Assembly: GCA_944372575.1 (NCBI GenBank)
Contig: CALVZS010000007.1
Location: forward strand, 10,132-74,131
DNA from: an uncultured Clostridia bacterium
Lineage (GTDB): Bacteria; Bacillota; Clostridia; Christensenellales; Borkfalkiaceae
Length of the DNA: 64,000 nt
Reading direction: 5' to 3'
Below the pieces are notes generated by a model, which did not search any database, had not been told where the DNA came from, and saw only the letters and a program-made list of their open reading frames with translations. Below are positions 42,923 through 52,408 of this stretch, piece after piece (position 1 is the stretch's first letter; the number at the start of each line of letters is the position of its first letter). The position numbers were made by a program, and so were the translations under genes.

Positions 42923-43112
42923 GGCAGAGCCTCACGCTTCATTCATTTTGTGTACTTCACCATTATAAAACAAATGCCGCCAAATGTCTGCACAAAAATG
43001 TAAAAAATTTGTAAATTTTTTGAGACAATCGGGATTTTTTCAACGGAGCATTGCGTGCGGCAGAAAAACGTGGTATAATACTGCACCGAACCTGTTTTCT
43101 GAGGAGAAAGAG

Positions 43113-45596
43113 ATGGAAGAGCCGAAGGCGATCGAGATCCGCGGCGCGCGGGTACACAACCTCAAAAATATCGACGTCACGATCCCGCTGCACGAGATCG
43201 TGGGCATTGCAGGGGTGTCCGGTTCGGGCAAGTCCTCGCTCGCGCTCGGCATCCTGTATGCCGAGGGATCGCGGCGTTACCTGGAGGCGCTCTCCACCTA
43301 CACGCGGCGGCGCATGACGCAGGCGGCAAAGGCGCAGGTGGATGACATCCTGCACGTTCCCGCGGCGCTCGCGCTCCACCAGCGCCCCGTCGTGCCGGGC
43401 ATCCGTTCCACCTTCGGCACGGGGACGGAGCTTCTGAACAGCCTGCGGCTCATGTACTCCCGCCTCGCCTCCCACCGCTGTCCTAACGGGCATTATGCTG
43501 CGCCCACGCTCGCCGTGGCGGCGGGCAAGCCGCTCATCTGCCCCGTCTGCGGGGCGGCCTTTTACGCACCCTCCGCGGAGGAACTCGCCTTCAACAGCCA
43601 GGGCGCCTGCCCGACGTGCAGCGGCACGGGCATTGTGCGGGCGGTGGACAAAAGCACGCTCGTCCCCGATGAGAGCCTCACCATCGATCAGGGTGCCGTG
43701 GCGCCGTGGAACTCCCTCATGTGGTCGCTGATGACGGACGTCTGCCGCGCGATGGGCGTGCGCACGGACGTTCCCTTTTGCGAGCTGACGGACAGGGAGA
43801 AGGATATCGTCTACAACGGCCCCGCTGTCAAGAAGCATATCTTCTACCGCGCCAAAAATTCGGACGTGGCGACTGAGCTGGACTTTACCTATTATAATGC
43901 CGTCTACACGGTGGAGAACGCGCTCGCCAAGGTCAAGGATGAGAGCGGCATGAAGCGCGTGGAGAAGTTCTTAAAGCAGGACGTCTGTCCCGATTGCGGC
44001 GGCTCCCGCCTGTCCGCGGCGGCGCGTGCGCCCCGCTTGCGCGGCATCTCCCTCGACGAGGCGTGCCGCATGACGCTCTCCGACCTGCTCGCGTGGGTGA
44101 AGGGGGTGCCGGAGAGCCTGCCCGCGGAGATGCGCCCGATGGCGCAGAGCATCTGCGAGTCCTTTCTCACGGTTGCGCGGCGGCTGATGGATCTGGGACT
44201 GGGGTATCTCACCCTCGATCGCGCCGCCTCCACGCTCTCCACGGGGGAGCGGCAGCGGATGCAGCTCGCGCGCGCCGTGCGCAACCGCACGACGGGCGTA
44301 CTGTATGTGCTGGACGAGCCCTCCATCGGGCTGCACCCCGCCAACATTGCGGGACTCGTGGACGTCATGCACGATCTGGTGGCGGACGGCAACTCCGTCG
44401 TCCTCGTCGATCACGATGCGCAGATCCTCTCCGTCGCCGACCATATCGTCGAGATGGGGCCGGGCGCGGGCGCTGCGGGCGGGCGCGTCATTGCGCAGGG
44501 AACGGTGGAGGAGCTGCGCCGCAACCCCGCCTCTGAAATCGGCCCCTTCCTCGGGGAGGGGGCGTTCGGACGGGTGCGTGCGCGGCTTTCGCCCGACGTT
44601 CTCTTTGAAAAGGGGTGCATCCGGATGGAGACGGACGCCGTCCATACCGTGAAGCCGCTCAAGGTGCGCATTCCCAAGGGCAGGCTCACGGCGGTGACGG
44701 GGGTGTCCGGCTCGGGCAAGACGACGCTCATTCTCGAGAGCCTTGTCTCCGCTCTGGCGGCATATGCCGCCGGGCAGAAATTGCCCGGTCATGTGCGTGC
44801 CGTGGAGGCGGAGGGCATCTCCCAGGTCAAACTCATCGACGCAACGCCCATCGGCGTCAACGTGCGTTCCACGGTGGCGACGTACGCGGGAATCCACGAT
44901 GAACTGCGCAAGATCTTTGCGCGCACGCCCGAGGCGAAGGCGCTCGGGTACAAGGCGGGGGACTTTTCCTACAATACGGGCAGGCTGCGCTGTCCCGTCT
45001 GCGACGGAACGGGAGAGGTGAGCCTGGACGTGCAGTTTCTGCCCGATGTGGACGTCCCCTGCCCCTCCTGCCGCGGGGCGCGCTACGGGGAAGAGGCCGC
45101 GCGCGTGCATTTGGCCGCGGCGGACGGCACGGCTTATTCCCTGCCCGAACTCATGGCGATGGATGTCGCAAGCGCCCTGAAGGCGTGCAGCGGCATGAAG
45201 CTCGTCAGAGACCGCCTGCAGGTGCTTGCCGATCTGGGGCTGGGGTATCTCACGCTCGGGGAGGCGACGCCCGGGCTGTCGGGCGGCGAGGCGCAGCGGC
45301 TCAAGCTCGCGGAAGAGATGGGCAGGGCGCAGGCGGACAGCGTGTTCGTCTTTGACGAACCCACCATCGGGCTGCATCCGCTCGACGTGCGCACGCTTCT
45401 GAATGTCTTTCAGACGCTCATCGGGCACGGCGCCACCGTCGTGGTCATCGAACACGATCTGGACGTCATCCGAAATGCCGACTATGTGGTGGATATGGGG
45501 CCGGGCGGCGGAGAGGAGGGCGGCAAAATTGTGGCGTGCGGCACGCCGGAGGAGGTTGCGGCCTCGCCCGAGAGCATCACGGGAAAGTATCTGTGA
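43113..45596 (+). CDS. UvrA-like ABC ATPase (short UvrA paralog)
   Basis: 827 aa from the ATG at 43113. Two ABC modules (GVSGSGKSSLA, GVSGSGKTTL; LSGGE signatures) and CxxC zinc modules. It is about 100 aa shorter than canonical UvrA. Confidence 0.88.
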   Translation: MEEPKAIEIRGARVHNLKNIDVTIPLHEIVGIAGVSGSGKSSLALGILYAEGSRRYLEALSTYTRRRMTQAAKAQVDDILHVPAALALHQRPVVPGIRSTFGTGTELLNSLRLMYSRLASHRCPNGHYAAPTLAVAAGKPLICPVCGAAFYAPSAEELAFNSQGACPTCSGTGIVRAVDKSTLVPDESLTIDQGAVAPWNSLMWSLMTDVCRAMGVRTDVPFCELTDREKDIVYNGPAVKKHIFYRAKNSDVATELDFTYYNAVYTVENALAKVKDESGMKRVEKFLKQDVCPDCGGSRLSAAARAPRLRGISLDEACRMTLSDLLAWVKGVPESLPAEMRPMAQSICESFLTVARRLMDLGLGYLTLDRAASTLSTGERQRMQLARAVRNRTTGVLYVLDEPSIGLHPANIAGLVDVMHDLVADGNSVVLVDHDAQILSVADHIVEMGPGAGAAGGRVIAQGTVEELRRNPASEIGPFLGEGAFGRVRARLSPDVLFEKGCIRMETDAVHTVKPLKVRIPKGRLTAVTGVSGSGKTTLILESLVSALAAYAAGQKLPGHVRAVEAEGISQVKLIDATPIGVNVRSTVATYAGIHDELRKIFARTPEAKALGYKAGDFSYNTGRLRCPVCDGTGEVSLDVQFLPDVDVPCPSCRGARYGEEAARVHLAAADGTAYSLPELMAMDVASALKACSGMKLVRDRLQVLADLGLGYLTLGEATPGLSGGEAQRLKLAEEMGRAQADSVFVFDEPTIGLHPLDVRTLLNVFQTLIGHGATVVVIEHDLDVIRNADYVVDMGPGGGEEGGKIVACGTPEEVAASPESITGKYL

Positions 45597-45787
45597 TCTC
45601 CGCAGGCACCGCCTGCTGAAAGAGCTTCTTCTCTCTCCGCACTTCGCCCGAGCGCTTGCCTCCCTTTGTTCCGCGTTCTCTTGCTTCCTCCTTGCTTCGA
45701 GCCGGATTTAAGTTTTCTTCATTCGGCAATGTTCCCGCCTTTTTTCGGTATGAAAAAAGCGCCCCCGCAGGGACGCTCTTTTTGTTA

Positions 45788-45964
45788 TCAAATCGCGTAT
45801 TCTTCTATTATTTCAAAATCGGATGAACGGAATAAATAATCCTCCCCGGTTTCATCTATAATTCTGTACATTCCTTCTGCAATGGAAATTACGTTATAGA
45901 CGTTTCCTTTTATCAGGGAAACTTTATAATAACCTCCAATGTATTTTACTTTCAGATTCTCCAT
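45788..45964 (-). CDS. small hypothetical protein (58 aa) in an AT-rich islet
   Basis: Not in the ORF track (below 60 aa). The reverse strand reads MENLKVKYIGGYYKVSLIKGNVYNVISIAEGMYRIIDETGEDYLFRSSDFEIIEEYAI. GGAGG lies 9 nt upstream of the ATG. Confidence 0.4.
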   Translation of the reverse strand: MENLKVKYIGGYYKVSLIKGNVYNVISIAEGMYRIIDETGEDYLFRSSDFEIIEEYAI

Positions 45965-46032
45965 TTTTGATTTACCTCCTTTTTACTGTCTGTTGCTTCA
46001 TATCGGAAAGAGGCAGGGGATGCGGGCGCAAT

Positions 46033-46064
46033 AAAAAAGCTCACGCAGGCGCGTGAGCTTTTTT
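46033..46064. terminator. bidirectional intrinsic terminator
   Basis: AAAAAA-GCTCACGC/GCGTGAGC-TTTTTT, directly after the stop of the 1189-aa gene. Confidence 0.8.
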
Positions 46065-46065
46065 G

Positions 46066-49000
46066 TTATTCGTTGTAAGGATCGTTTTCATCCTTGGGCG
46101 CTTCGGGTTCGGCGGGAGCCTCTTCCTTCTTTGCCTTTGCCGGGCGGATGCGCGTATCCTTTGCCGGCTTGATCTTCGTGTGCTTGCCCAGCTTCTTGTG
46201 GACGCGGCGCACGATGATGGCGACGATCGCAAAGACGAGCGCGAGTGCCAGAACGCCGGAGGAGACGATGAGCCAGACGTTTGTCTGATCGGCTGTATCT
46301 CCATGGTCGTGGTCGTGGCTGTTCTCACCGTCATCCGCCGTCAGGTCGTCCGCCTCCACGGTGACATCCGTCGTTGCATAGTCAAGGAAGAGCGACGTGC
46401 CCTCATCCGTCTCAGCCTTGAGCCATGCGATGCCCTCGGTGTACGCCGACTGCGCATAGGAGCCGTAGGGATCGCCGAGCTGATCCTCGTCCGTCGTCTC
46501 GTCGTAGCGCAGGTAGTCCTTTGCGTCGTAGAAGGTGTAGGTGTAATAGAGCGCATACGCGGCGGGCAGGTTTTCGTCGACGGCGACGTCGTGCAGTTCC
46601 TTGAGCTGGTCGACCGTCTCGCTGAGCAGGGCGTCATAGTTGTCGGAGACGTCCGTCGAGGTGTAGTCGTCAAAGAAGAGGTAGCTGTTTGCGGGGATCT
46701 GAACGCCGGTCGGGGTGACCGTGCCGTCCTCGGCGACGGTGTAGTCGCGCGAACCCGCCCAGACTTCAAGGCGGTAGTCCTTTGAGGTATTGCCGGTGTG
46801 GACGTAGAAGGTGACGTCCATCCACTTTCCGGCGTTTTCGCTCGTTCCCGTCAGCGTGATGACGCTCGCATAGCTTCCCATATCGCGTCCGACGTTGTTG
46901 TAGCGGACATAGTCGGGGTCGGCGCGCTGTTCGGGCGTAAGGGAATCGAAGATGTCCAGCACTTCCTGCTCGTAGTCGTATTGACCGCGGCTTGTCTCGG
47001 TGCGGTAGGCGTAATATTTGCCGTCTTCCGCATTATAATAGAACGCGATCGTCGTATTGCCGTCGGCGTCTACGGCGACGAGGTTGCGCGCATCGTCCGT
47101 CTCGTAGTTGCGGAGGTTTGCATAGCAGACGTTCTCATCCTCGCCCGCGCGGTAGTACAAACCGTTCGCGGCGCGGTAGAACAGGACGTCGGTGCGGGCA
47201 TTGAAGCCGTCCGCCGTGGGATCTCCCCGGACAATGTTCCCGTTGTCGTCGTACCAGAAGGTGACGGCGGGGAGGGTGGGCGTAAGGGGATCGTTATATC
47301 CCGCCTTGACGTCGGAGGTGTCGATGAGGTAGATGGTCGCCGTCGCCCCCTCGGAGAGTTTGACGCGCATGGAGATGCGCTGGTAGGAATCGGCGGAGAC
47401 GGTCAGTGTGTCGGAGAGGAAGCCGTAGGCGTTGAGCGCGCTGTCCGAAGTGTTCATGACGACCAGCGGCTGGTTGGCGACGCGGGAGGATGCCCGCGAG
47501 CCGTCCGCATTGTAGTCGCCGAAGATCTTCGCCCACCACAGTTCGTCCTCGGAGAGGGAGGCATCCGTGAAGGAGCCCGCATCCGCCACGTCCGTGAGCG
47601 CGTTTGCCCACGCCGTGCCGGAGGTGCGGTAGGTCTGCGCGTATCTGGCGTTGAGCAGGCCGAAGGAGAGCCCGTCGGGAACGACGTTGTCCACGCCGCC
47701 CGTCACGATGGACTTGCTTGCGTTCGGCACAGCCGTGAAGTTGGCGGTGGGGGCAAGCGTGTTGCGGATGTCGCGGTTGGTGTCCACGCCCGCGGTGTCG
47801 AAGGCGGAGTCATTGTCCACGGCGCCCGTCAGGGAGACCTTCTGGGCATAGGTGCCGGCGGAGGCGTAGTCGATATACTTCGCGTTCACGTCGGCAAGCA
47901 CTTCAAAGTTAGCGAATGCGGCGTAGCCGTCGTCGTAGGCGCTCTGTTCCGCGGAGGCGACGTCGGTGGGGCCGTAGGAAAATTCGAGATAGAACTCTTT
48001 CGCGCTGTCCGTGTCGTTGGAGACGAAGAAGAAGCACTGCACCCAGCCGTTGTAGATATCCGTCGTCTCCTCGTCGATGTCCACCGTTGCGACGGTCGTC
48101 GAGTCGAACGCGGCGATCTGCGTGCGGTTCTCGCCGTCCACCAGCGTCGCGGAGGCGCCCGTGCCGCCGATCTCGCTCGTCTTGACCCAGAAGGAGATCA
48201 TCATGTGGGTGTGCGCTGCCAGCGTGTAGCTCTCGGAGGAGGCGGTGTAGGGCGCGCTCGAGACGGACATGAGCATGATCACCGTCATGTTGCCGTCGGC
48301 GCCCTCGAAGGGGAAGCTGCCCGCAAAGTCGGTGTCGTAGATATTTTTAAGGTAGGAGTTTGTGTCCGCCGCCGCGGCAAGCGCGGATGCGGTGGTCACC
48401 CGGGCATAATCGTCGGGATAGGTGCCGTTGTAGACGACGTTCGATTTGCCGCCGTCCGGATCGGCCGTGATCGCGGCGGCTCCCTGCTCGATGGCAAGGT
48501 CGTCCGCGCTGCCCAGGTCTGCGTCAAGGTCGATCTTGACGGAGGTATGGGTATTGCCCGCAAAGCGCTTTTCCGTATCGGTGCTGTCAATGCTGCACAG
48601 GGCGGATGCCGTTGCTTCGTCAAAGGCGGCGGAGGTGAGTACCTCGCAGCTCACGTCGTCGAAGAAGGCGTAGCCGTTCACATACTCGAGGCGGTAGTCC
48701 GTCGAGCCCTGTCCGAGGCCGAGGATCACGGTGAAAGTGGAAGTGGCAAAGGAGTTTGCCCGCACATAGACGGTGTATTCCCTCCACTCGCCTTCCGTCG
48801 AGATGTTTTCGATGTACACGGGGTCGAGCGACGTGCCGCCCACCGTCTGGTTGATGCGGATGTAGGCGCCCGCGTTGCCCTTGACGGAGGTGTCCTCGTT
48901 TTCGGAATAGTAGTGCTGAAGATCGTTGGTGCGCACCCACACGCTGACGCGGGCGGAAGTGCCGGCCTCCAGCGTGATGGACGTCGAGGAGGTGTAATAC

Positions 49001-49635
49001 TGTCCCGTGCCGAGCACGCCGTCCGAGGTGCGCTCGTTGTGGATCATGAGAACGGCCGTCTCGTCCTCCTCGGCGCCGGGGCGTGGCGTGGGCGCCTCGC
49101 TGATTGCGGAGAGGGTCTCCACGTCGTCAAAGTCGATGGAGTAGATGTAGTCGTCGAAGAGCGCGGCCGCCTCCGAGTCGGAATCGAGATCGTCGATCTC
49201 ATCCTCGAAGTCATTGAGGAATTTGAGCCTGTCGTAGGCGGTCACGGCGTCGTCGTCCCAGTGCGCAACGGCGTCCTCGACGGAGGTCAGCTCCCTGCCC
49301 GAGGCGGACAGGTAATTCCATTCCGTCGTGTCGATGATGCCGGTCGCCGCATCGGAGGTGGGGGAACCGGAGGTGAACGACCAGCTCGTGGGCGAGCTGA
49401 TGAGGTCGAGCTTCTCCTTTCTGTCCTCGACGTCCATCTCCGAATAGAACTCGAAGTTCCCGTTGCGGATCTTCTGGGTATCCGTCTGGGAGGTGGTCGT
49501 CTCCTCCTCGTCGTCCGTGGTATCGTCGGAGGCGGGGGCGCAGGCGGCAAGTGCGCTCAGGGTGAGCGTCGCCGAGAGTGCGAGCGTGAGTGCCGCAATG
49601 GAGCGGCGTCTGAATTTCTTTCGATCGAATGCCAT
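46066..49635 (-). CDS. large cell-surface protein: lipoprotein signal peptide, repeated CBM/jelly-roll-like modules, C-terminal TM anchor
   Basis: 1189 aa. N-terminus MAFDRKKFRRRSIAALTLALSATLTLSALAAC (lipobox LAAC). Recurring motifs (ARVSVWVRTNDL, MISFWVKTSEI, RISMRVKLSEG, VTFYVHTGNTSKDYRLEVWAG). C-terminal TM plus a K/R-rich tail. Confidence 0.8.
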   Translation of the reverse strand: MAFDRKKFRRRSIAALTLALSATLTLSALAACAPASDDTTDDEEETTTSQTDTQKIRNGNFEFYSEMDVEDRKEKLDLISSPTSWSFTSGSPTSDAATGIIDTTEWNYLSASGRELTSVEDAVAHWDDDAVTAYDRLKFLNDFEDEIDDLDSDSEAAALFDDYIYSIDFDDVETLSAISEAPTPRPGAEEDETAVLMIHNERTSDGVLGTGQYYTSSTSITLEAGTSARVSVWVRTNDLQHYYSENEDTSVKGNAGAYIRINQTVGGTSLDPVYIENISTEGEWREYTVYVRANSFATSTFTVILGLGQGSTDYRLEYVNGYAFFDDVSCEVLTSAAFDEATASALCSIDSTDTEKRFAGNTHTSVKIDLDADLGSADDLAIEQGAAAITADPDGGKSNVVYNGTYPDDYARVTTASALAAAADTNSYLKNIYDTDFAGSFPFEGADGNMTVIMLMSVSSAPYTASSESYTLAAHTHMMISFWVKTSEIGGTGASATLVDGENRTQIAAFDSTTVATVDIDEETTDIYNGWVQCFFFVSNDTDSAKEFYLEFSYGPTDVASAEQSAYDDGYAAFANFEVLADVNAKYIDYASAGTYAQKVSLTGAVDNDSAFDTAGVDTNRDIRNTLAPTANFTAVPNASKSIVTGGVDNVVPDGLSFGLLNARYAQTYRTSGTAWANALTDVADAGSFTDASLSEDELWWAKIFGDYNADGSRASSRVANQPLVVMNTSDSALNAYGFLSDTLTVSADSYQRISMRVKLSEGATATIYLIDTSDVKAGYNDPLTPTLPAVTFWYDDNGNIVRGDPTADGFNARTDVLFYRAANGLYYRAGEDENVCYANLRNYETDDARNLVAVDADGNTTIAFYYNAEDGKYYAYRTETSRGQYDYEQEVLDIFDSLTPEQRADPDYVRYNNVGRDMGSYASVITLTGTSENAGKWMDVTFYVHTGNTSKDYRLEVWAGSRDYTVAEDGTVTPTGVQIPANSYLFFDDYTSTDVSDNYDALLSETVDQLKELHDVAVDENLPAAYALYYTYTFYDAKDYLRYDETTDEDQLGDPYGSYAQSAYTEGIAWLKAETDEGTSLFLDYATTDVTVEADDLTADDGENSHDHDHGDTADQTNVWLIVSSGVLALALVFAIVAIIVRRVHKKLGKHTKIKPAKDTRIRPAKAKKEEAPAEPEAPKDENDPYNE

Positions 49636-49857
49636 AGGTCTTCCTTTTTCCGTCGGGGAGCGGGCGCTTCCCGTACTTTGTCAATTTTGGTTGCTGTTCC
49701 GGCGGGGCGCCCCCCGCGCAGGATACTTCTCTATTTTAATATAAAAAGCGTCCGAGCGCAAGCAATTCCGCATGAAAATCGTTATGAAATCGTGTGAAAG
49801 CGAAAAAATTTCCCGCATGATGGGCAAACTGACAGGAAAAGGAGGTCGGAAGCAGAC

Positions 49858-50238
49858 ATGACGGCGAGCGGGAAACGTACATTTTTTGCAAGGCTTCTGG
49901 GAGGAGGCGCGGTGGGGGCGGCAAACGGCATTTTCGGCGGGGGAGGGGGGATGATCGCCGTTCCCCTCCTCGAGCGCATCGAAAAACGGGGAACGGCGGC
50001 GGCGCACGCCACGGCGATCGCGTGCATCCTGCCCGCCTCCCTTGTGAGCGCCGCGGTCTATCTCCTTGCGGGGCTTGTCATGTGGCAGGCATTGCTGCCC
50101 GTCGCGCTCGGCGTGCTCGCGGGCGGCTTTCTCGGCGCAAAACTGCTGCCCTCGATCCCGCCCCGCGCCCTCGATCTCGTCTTTTCCCTGCTCATGCTCC
50201 TTGCGGGCATCAAGGCGGTGGCGGCATGGCATTTTTAG
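49858..50238 (+). CDS. TSUP (TauE/SafE) family membrane protein, half-size
   Basis: 126 aa, 4 TM, GGGGGMIAVPLL motif. Confidence 0.75.
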   Translation: MTASGKRTFFARLLGGGAVGAANGIFGGGGGMIAVPLLERIEKRGTAAAHATAIACILPASLVSAAVYLLAGLVMWQALLPVALGVLAGGFLGAKLLPSIPPRALDLVFSLLMLLAGIKAVAAWHF

Positions 50239-50600
50239 TGCTTCTTTTGTGCGGGCTGGCGGCGGGCGTGCCGGGCGGCATGGGCATGGGCGGCGGCACC
50301 GTGCTCATCCCTCTGCTCACCCTCTTCGGCGTTCCGCAGGCGGCGGCGCAGGCCATCAATCTCCTCTCCTTTCTGCCCATGGCTGCATTTGCGCTGCCCG
50401 TTCACGCGAAAAGCGGGCTTTTGAAGGGGGAGGGGCTGCTGCCGCTCATCCTTGCGGCGCTCGTCTTTTCCGCGCTCGGATCGCTGCTTGCTTCCCGCCT
50501 GCCGGGCGGGATCCTGGAGCGCGCGTTCGGCGCCTTTCTCATCGCGCTCGCCCTCCTTCGCCTGCGGGCGCTGTTCCGCAAAAAACAAATGCGGGACTGA
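50226..50600 (+). CDS. TSUP (TauE/SafE) family membrane protein, half-size
   Basis: 124 aa from the ATG at 50226, 4 TM, GMGGGTVLIPLL motif. Overlaps the first half-gene by 13 nt. Confidence 0.75.
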   Translation: MAFLVLLLCGLAAGVPGGMGMGGGTVLIPLLTLFGVPQAAAQAINLLSFLPMAAFALPVHAKSGLLKGEGLLPLILAALVFSALGSLLASRLPGGILERAFGAFLIALALLRLRALFRKKQMRD

Positions 50601-50854
50601 CTTTTCCCGAAACTTTTGTGAAATAACTGTGTTCGTTTCTCAAAAATGATGCCGGGAGGCGTTTTTTTGGGAAAAAATGAAATTTTTTTGCAAAAGGGTA
50701 TGGACAAACCGCCTCGCGTGTGGTAAAATGGAAAAGAATTGATAGACTTGGGGCATTGTTCGTTTCGCACATGGGCCGGATTCGGAGAGGGATGGATGCC
50801 TGCGGGTTTGCAAAATCGGACGGGGAGTCCGAAATCTCACACAAAAGGACGGGA

Positions 50855-52408
50855 ATGAATATGGAGAAAACGACGTCCGAAACACAGGAACTGGCAGAGG
50901 AGCGGATCGGGATCATCGATCTCGGTTCCAATTCCGCGCGTCTTGTCATCGTAAAACTTTTCGGCAACCACTTCATGGTCGAGGATGAGCTCAAGGAGAG
51001 CGTGCGCCTCGGACAGGATATGGACAGAGACGGTTTTTTGAAGCCGCAGCGCGTGGCGGAGACCATTCGCACACTCAAAATGTTTAAGCGTCTGTGCGAC
51101 GCAAGCAACGTCAGCCGCATCATCGCCGTTGCCACGGCGGCAGTTCGCCGCGCCAAAAATCAGCGCTCCTTTCTCGATGAGATCCAGGCGACGTGCGGCA
51201 TCCGCGTGGACGTCCTCTCGGAGGAAGAGGAGGCGACGCTCGTCTACCGCGGCGTCATCAATTCGATGGATATCCCCAAGGGGATCATTTTGGAGATCGG
51301 CGGCGGCAGCACCAAGATCATCTATTACAACCGCCGCACGGTACTCAATTACGCCTCGCTCTCCTTCGGCGCGGTGACGCTCACCGACCTCTTCGCGGAC
51401 GACGGCGTCACGCCCGAGGAACAGACCGCAAAGATCGAGGAGTTCTTCACCGAACAGTTCAAGAAGATAGGCTGGCTGGCGGACGTCGAGCCGGACGTGC
51501 AGATGATCGGCGTGGGCGGCTCCTTCCGCAACCTCTACAAGATCAACCGCCTTGTCAAGAAGTATCCCCTCAACACCGTGCATAATTATTCCTTTGCGGT
51601 GGAGGATTTCCGCTCCATCTACCAGATGATCCGCGTTCTGGACGTGGAGAAGCGCAAGCGCATCCGCGGGCTTTCGCCCGCGCGTGCGGACATCATGCCT
51701 GCGGCGCTCGCCATCATCAAGGCGTTCACCGACTATCTGCACATCGAATCGTTCACCGTCGGCGGGTGCGGACTCAGGGAGGGCATCATGTTCAACCAGG
51801 CGGTGCCGCAGACGGTGGAGCGGCCTATCCTCGACGTGCTGAGCTATTCTCTGAACACGCTCGTAAACTATTACGGCTGCGACGAAAAGCACGTCGAACA
51901 CACGGTGCGCCTCTCCATCCAGCTCTTCAAGCAGCTGCGCGTGCTGCACAAATTCCCGCGCGCCTACCTTAAAGTGCTCAAGATCGCCGCCAGCCTGAAC
52001 GACTGCGGGCTGCGCGTGCGCTATTACGATCACCAGCTGCACAGCCGCTACATGATTCTCAATTCGGGCATCTACGGGGCGAGCCACCGCGAGATCGTGC
52101 TCGCCGCCTTTGTTGCGGGCAGCCACAAGCGGGAGGACGTCAACGCCGCCGAATGGGCGCGCTACAAGGACATCGTCACCGAGGAAGATCTGGACGTCGT
52201 GAGAAAGCTGGGCGTCCTGCTGCGTATCGGCGAGGCGCTCGACAGAAGCGGCATGGGCGTTGTGACGGGGATCAACTGCGACGTGCTGGGCGATTCCGTC
52301 ATCATGAAGACAGAGCTTGCGGGCGACGCGGCGCTGGAGATCCGCCAGGCGATGGAGGTCGCGCCCGATTTCAAGCGCACCTTCCGGAAAAATTTGGAGA
52401 TCCTGTGA
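50855..52408 (+). CDS. Ppx/GppA family phosphatase
   Basis: IGIIDLGSNSARLVIV and EIGGGSTK actin-like ATPase motifs, plus a C-terminal HD-like domain. The start is at 50855 or 50861. Confidence 0.88.
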   Translation: MNMEKTTSETQELAEERIGIIDLGSNSARLVIVKLFGNHFMVEDELKESVRLGQDMDRDGFLKPQRVAETIRTLKMFKRLCDASNVSRIIAVATAAVRRAKNQRSFLDEIQATCGIRVDVLSEEEEATLVYRGVINSMDIPKGIILEIGGGSTKIIYYNRRTVLNYASLSFGAVTLTDLFADDGVTPEEQTAKIEEFFTEQFKKIGWLADVEPDVQMIGVGGSFRNLYKINRLVKKYPLNTVHNYSFAVEDFRSIYQMIRVLDVEKRKRIRGLSPARADIMPAALAIIKAFTDYLHIESFTVGGCGLREGIMFNQAVPQTVERPILDVLSYSLNTLVNYYGCDEKHVEHTVRLSIQLFKQLRVLHKFPRAYLKVLKIAASLNDCGLRVRYYDHQLHSRYMILNSGIYGASHREIVLAAFVAGSHKREDVNAAEWARYKDIVTEEDLDVVRKLGVLLRIGEALDRSGMGVVTGINCDVLGDSVIMKTELAGDAALEIRQAMEVAPDFKRTFRKNLEIL

